This document shows, in pieces, positions 7,251 through 10,884 of a stretch of 10,884 bases of DNA. The DNA is from an uncultured Deferribacteres bacterium. Lineage in GTDB: Bacteria > Zhuqueibacterota > Zhuqueibacteria > Zhuqueibacterales > Geothermadaptataceae. The notes under the pieces were generated by a model, which saw only the letters and a program-made list of their open reading frames with translations, had not been told where the DNA came from and did not search any database. The position numbers were made by a program, and so were the translations under genes. The stretch's first letter is position 1, and each line of letters opens with the position of its first letter. The stretch lies in the NCBI GenBank assembly GCA_964014485.1, contig CAXHAT010000237.1, positions 1 to 10,884 of the forward strand, given 5' to 3'.

Positions 7251-9299
7251 ATGCCGGAATTTTTATCACCAACATTTTGGATTGCGGGAGCGGCGGCGGC
7301 GAGTCTGCCGATTATCATCCATCTTTTGCTGCGCAATAAAGCGATCAAAGTCGAATTTGCGGCGATGCGTTTTTTGGCCCATTCGCAGAAACCCGTGGTG
7401 CGCTGGCTCAAATTGAAGCAGTTTCTTGTATTGCTGCTTCGCATTCTCGCCATTGCAATTCTCGGTCTGGCCTTCGCACGACCGTTTTTCCCGGAAACCG
7501 ACGCACTCGTACTGTGGGGCGACGATAAACGCGAAATCGGCGTCATCATGGACGCTTCGGCGAGCATGAAAACCGTTGGACATGCCGAAGCGGCGCGCAG
7601 CGAATTGGAGAAACTTCTGGCCGATTTAGATGAAAACGCCGTCGTCTCAATTTGCATTGTGGGACGGGAGGCGGAGATGGTGGTTGAAAGAGCGCAGCCG
7701 TTTGCCGGCATGGCCGCTCAAGCGCTCGCACGCTTTAAACCGACATTTTACCAAAGCAATTTGCGCGAAGCGTTGTTGTTTATGGATGACGTTTTGCGCG
7801 GCTCTCCCCTGCCGTTGCGAGAAATTTACATCATTTCCGATTTTCAAAAAACGAGTTGGCCGAAAAACAACGCGCCGGTGCAACTGGCAAGTAATGCAGA
7901 CGTCAAGCTCCTGCCGGTCGCTGAAGAACGCTGGTCAAATATTGCCATCCTCGACGCGAAAATTCCCGATGATCGCGAGCAGCCGATTCTTTGCACGGTT
8001 CAGGATTATTCCGGCGGTAAAATTCGTGAAGCGGAAGTGAAACTAAATGTGCGTGGAAAAGCCGTCGCCACCCAAAAAATTAATTTTCTGACCACCAAAA
8101 CCGTCGTCGTAGAATTCGATCAGAAAAAAGTCCCAACCGGACAAAACACCGGCTTCTTCGAAATTTCCGCCGAAGGCGACCGTTTCGCGGAAGATGATCG
8201 TTTTTACTTCGTCAGCTACCAGCGCGACGCAGTGGAAATTCTGGCGGTAAACGGCGAGCAGGCTGCGGCGGCCAGTGATGAACTGTTTTTCGTCGAACGT
8301 GCTGTCAACGTCAAAGGCAGCGATTTCAATCTCAACAAGATTGACCCGACTAGCTTAACACGACTCAATCCCGAAGCCTTCGACATAGTTTTACTTGCGA
8401 ATTTGAAGGGCATGAACCGCAAGTCGTTGGAGAATGTCAAGGCGTTTGTTGAAAACGGCGGGGGCTTGCTGCTGGCGCCGGGCGACAAAATTGATCCGAC
8501 GCACTTTAACCGGCTATTTGAAGAAATTGCCCCGGCAAAAATAGAGCGAACGGCGCAAAAATTTATCGATCCGCAAGTGGGTGATCTTGTGCTTCTGAAT
8601 GACACGGAACATCCCGCGCTTAGTCTCTTCGCCGATCCGGTCAACGGCGATTTGAGCGGCGCACGCTTTTTTCAGCATTGGGTCTGTGAAGCCAAGTCCG
8701 GCGCACAAATTCTCGCGAGCTTTAACGACGGCTCTCCGGCGATACTCGCTTATACGATGGGGCGCGGTAAAATTATCATGCTGTCGTTCCCGCTCGATTC
8801 TGAATGGGCGGACTTGCCGATTCAGGCGGTTTACCTGCCGTTTTTGCACAGCGTTTTAAGCTACTTAAAGCCGCCCAAAGAGCAAATGCTGACCAAAACC
8901 GTCGGTAAGCCGCTCTTCCTCGGCGACCGTTTTACCGGCAGCAAAACCGTTGAGCTAAGCTTGCCAAACGGTGATGATGAAACGCTTGCGCCCGGTTCAT
9001 TGATTTATTCAGCGGCGGACGCGCCCGGTTTTTATCAGTTTTCACAAGGGTCAAAAAAATTAGCATACGCGGTCAATTTGCCGCAGACGGAGAGCGATTC
9101 TGAAGTCATGGTCGCAGAGGCCTTTTTGGCAAAAGTTGACCACAGTGTGGAGCGGACGTCGCTCGATAAAAATGAAAGCATCGCTTCCTTAAGCAACGGC
9201 CAGCATGAAGCGCGGCAAAAATTCTGGAAAACGCTCCTGGCCGTATTGGTGGTTATTTTGTTAAGCGAGAGCTTACTTGCTAATCGCACGCCGCGTTAA
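7251..9299 (+). CDS. BatA N-terminal (double-TM) + VWA domain membrane protein with glutamine-amidotransferase-like domain and C-terminal TM anchor
   Basis: N-terminus FLSPTFW...LPIIIHLL...F.AMRFL...LLLRILAIAILGLAFARP matches the BatA-type domain. MIDAS DASAS and ISD are present, as is an FVENGGGLL motif. The C-terminus is hydrophobic (WKTLLAVLVVILLSESLLANR). Confidence 0.9.
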   Translation: MPEFLSPTFWIAGAAAASLPIIIHLLLRNKAIKVEFAAMRFLAHSQKPVVRWLKLKQFLVLLLRILAIAILGLAFARPFFPETDALVLWGDDKREIGVIMDASASMKTVGHAEAARSELEKLLADLDENAVVSICIVGREAEMVVERAQPFAGMAAQALARFKPTFYQSNLREALLFMDDVLRGSPLPLREIYIISDFQKTSWPKNNAPVQLASNADVKLLPVAEERWSNIAILDAKIPDDREQPILCTVQDYSGGKIREAEVKLNVRGKAVATQKINFLTTKTVVVEFDQKKVPTGQNTGFFEISAEGDRFAEDDRFYFVSYQRDAVEILAVNGEQAAAASDELFFVERAVNVKGSDFNLNKIDPTSLTRLNPEAFDIVLLANLKGMNRKSLENVKAFVENGGGLLLAPGDKIDPTHFNRLFEEIAPAKIERTAQKFIDPQVGDLVLLNDTEHPALSLFADPVNGDLSGARFFQHWVCEAKSGAQILASFNDGSPAILAYTMGRGKIIMLSFPLDSEWADLPIQAVYLPFLHSVLSYLKPPKEQMLTKTVGKPLFLGDRFTGSKTVELSLPNGDDETLAPGSLIYSAADAPGFYQFSQGSKKLAYAVNLPQTESDSEVMVAEAFLAKVDHSVERTSLDKNESIASLSNGQHEARQKFWKTLLAVLVVILLSESLLANRTPR

Positions 9300-9341
9300 A
9301 TGAAAGGTCGAATAGAATTCTAAATACAGGTAGGGCGAAAA

Positions 9342-10838
9342 ATGAAAGCGTCTCGAAACATTCTCCAGCATGAAATCGCGGACGCGTTGCGTTCCTGGCG
9401 ACGCGGGAACATTTTGCGCGGCCTTGCCATCGTTTTGGCGACGCTTGCAGTCGGATTGTCCGCCGTGATATTGCTGCGCGGTTTTTGGATGGACGCGCCT
9501 TGGCTGATTCCTGCGATTGTGGTGCTGAGCGCCGTTTCCGCCATCGTTTTCCTGTTCAAATACCTTCTCCCACCTTTGCGCAACAAAGCGAATTCAACGC
9601 TTGTCGCGCGCACGATTGAAACGCAGAATCCGGAAATTGAAGACCGCCTCATTACCGCTGTTGAAAAATCTGAAAAAGACGAGACTTCCTGGACGGATCG
9701 GCTTGTCGCGGATGCACGCGCCAAGACAAAAAATTTGAATTTGAAAAAGCAAGTGCGCGTCGGCGGGTATCATGCTTGGCAGACGTTGTTTTTTGCTTCA
9801 ATTATCATCCTGGCCGCGCTGTTTTGGAAAAAGAACACTTGGGAGCAAGACGTTCGTAGCATGGTTGCCGCCGGTTTCGTGCCGCCCAAACCGCCTCCGG
9901 AATTGCACATCACGCCGGGCGATGCACATTTGGAACGCGGGTCCGGTATTGAAATAAACGCAACGCTGCGTCATTACGCCGCCGAAGAAATTTCACTCTT
10001 TTTCATCGATGAAGATTCCGTTTGGACTTCGGTGGAAATGGATGTTGATCCCCAGGCAGACGCGTACACTTACGATTTTTTTGACTTGCGCAAGCCAATG
10101 CGCTACTACGTGAAAGCGGAAGACGAAATTTCTGAAATTTACGACGTCTCGCTTTTTGACACGCCAAGAATAAAACGCATCGATCACACCTACATTTTCC
10201 CAAAGTACACCGGCCTGCCGAATCGGATCGAGGCGGACGCGGGTGATATTTGGGCTCCGGTTGGGACAACGGTCAAAGTGACCGTGCTCAGTGAAACGCC
10301 GATCGTCAAGGGCGAGCTTTTGATGGGCGAGAGCCAAAAGAACAAGATGGAACTGCTTTCCGACACTACTGCCGTCGGTTACTTGAAAATTCAGAGCGAT
10401 ACGTATTATCGAGTCCGCCTTGTGAACAAGGAAGAGCGCGACAATGCGCCGATGTCCGAATATTACATTCACGCTTTGCAGGACAAGCCGCCGCAAGTCA
10501 CGCTCGCCAAGCCGGGCAGCGATACGAAAGCGACGATGCTGGAAGAAGTCGCGGTTGTTGCGAAAATCAACAACGATTACGGGCTGGAATCCGCAAATAT
10601 TCTCATCACCATCAATACGGATTCCGTGGTCACGGCGCCGTTGGAGTTTAAAAAGTCGTACGGTAAGGCGAAATCGGATTTCGGCTACAAGCGCGAAGAA
10701 TACGCCGGGCTTATTTTTCTCGAAGATTTGAACGTTACGCCGGGCGATTTTATTACTTATCAAGTCGAGGTCAAGGATGCGCGCCACCCGACTCCGGCGA
10801 CTTCGGACATGTACTTTATCGACGTTCGTCGGTTTGAT
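9342..10838 (+). CDS. DUF4175-like membrane-anchored protein, 3'-partial (499 native codons; absent from the ORF track)
   Basis: Manual translation from ATG 9342 stays open to the adapter. It begins MKASRNILQ..., with two TM helices, VARTIETQNPEIEDRLITAVE, a third TM helix, then beta-rich repeats with ITPGD, YIFPKYTGLP, GDIWAPVGTTV, DKPPQV..KPG.D and NDYGL. These motifs are typical of DUF4175-type proteins in MoxR/DUF58/BatA operons. Confidence 0.85.
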
Positions 10839-10839
10839 G

Positions 10840-10884
10840 CTGTCTCTTATACACATCTGACGCTGCCGACGAGCTTCTTGGTGT
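10840..10884 (-). other. Library adapter: reverse-complement copy of the 5' adapter with the same index
   Basis: CTGTCTCTTATACACATCT (10840-10858), GACGCTGCCGACGA (10859-10872), GCTTCTTG (10873-10880) and GTGT together are the exact reverse complement of 2-46. Confidence 0.98.

Noticed and set aside
95..10731. Numerous short antisense and alternate-frame ORFs in the track
   Set aside because: They lie almost entirely over well-supported + strand genes and show no recognisable motifs.
9993..10856. 287-aa minus-strand ORF beginning MCIRDS
   Set aside because: Its start is adapter-derived, and it is the antisense shadow of the + strand DUF4175-like gene.
1..10884. Composite Tn5-like transposon defined by terminal inverted repeats
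   Set aside because: The ends are the synthetic mosaic end plus Illumina primer and index, they cut genes mid-frame, and no transposase is present.

Overview
The native insert spans 47-10839. It is bounded at both ends by the same barcoded Nextera/Tn5 adapter in inverted orientation, which is a library artefact. The insert is a co-directional + strand bacterial MoxR-type operon. In order it holds: a 5'-truncated exported TPR protein with a central HExxH zinc-peptidase (MA-like) domain; two tandem signal-peptide-bearing DUF4159-like paralogues; a MoxR AAA+ ATPase; a DUF58 (VWA) protein; a BatA-N/VWA membrane protein; and a 3'-truncated DUF4175-like membrane protein that the ORF track missed. 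An AT-richer accessory insert interrupts the operon between DUF58 and the BatA/VWA gene. It consists of a toxin-first PIN-domain gene and a small putative antitoxin, followed by a 174-bp MITE-like element (14-bp perfect TIRs, 8-bp direct repeat) that contains a perfect 27-bp REP/dRS3-like inverted doublet. A second GTCATTC...GAATGAC inverted doublet lies between moxR and DUF58. Family names come from motif recognition only; no database searches were run.
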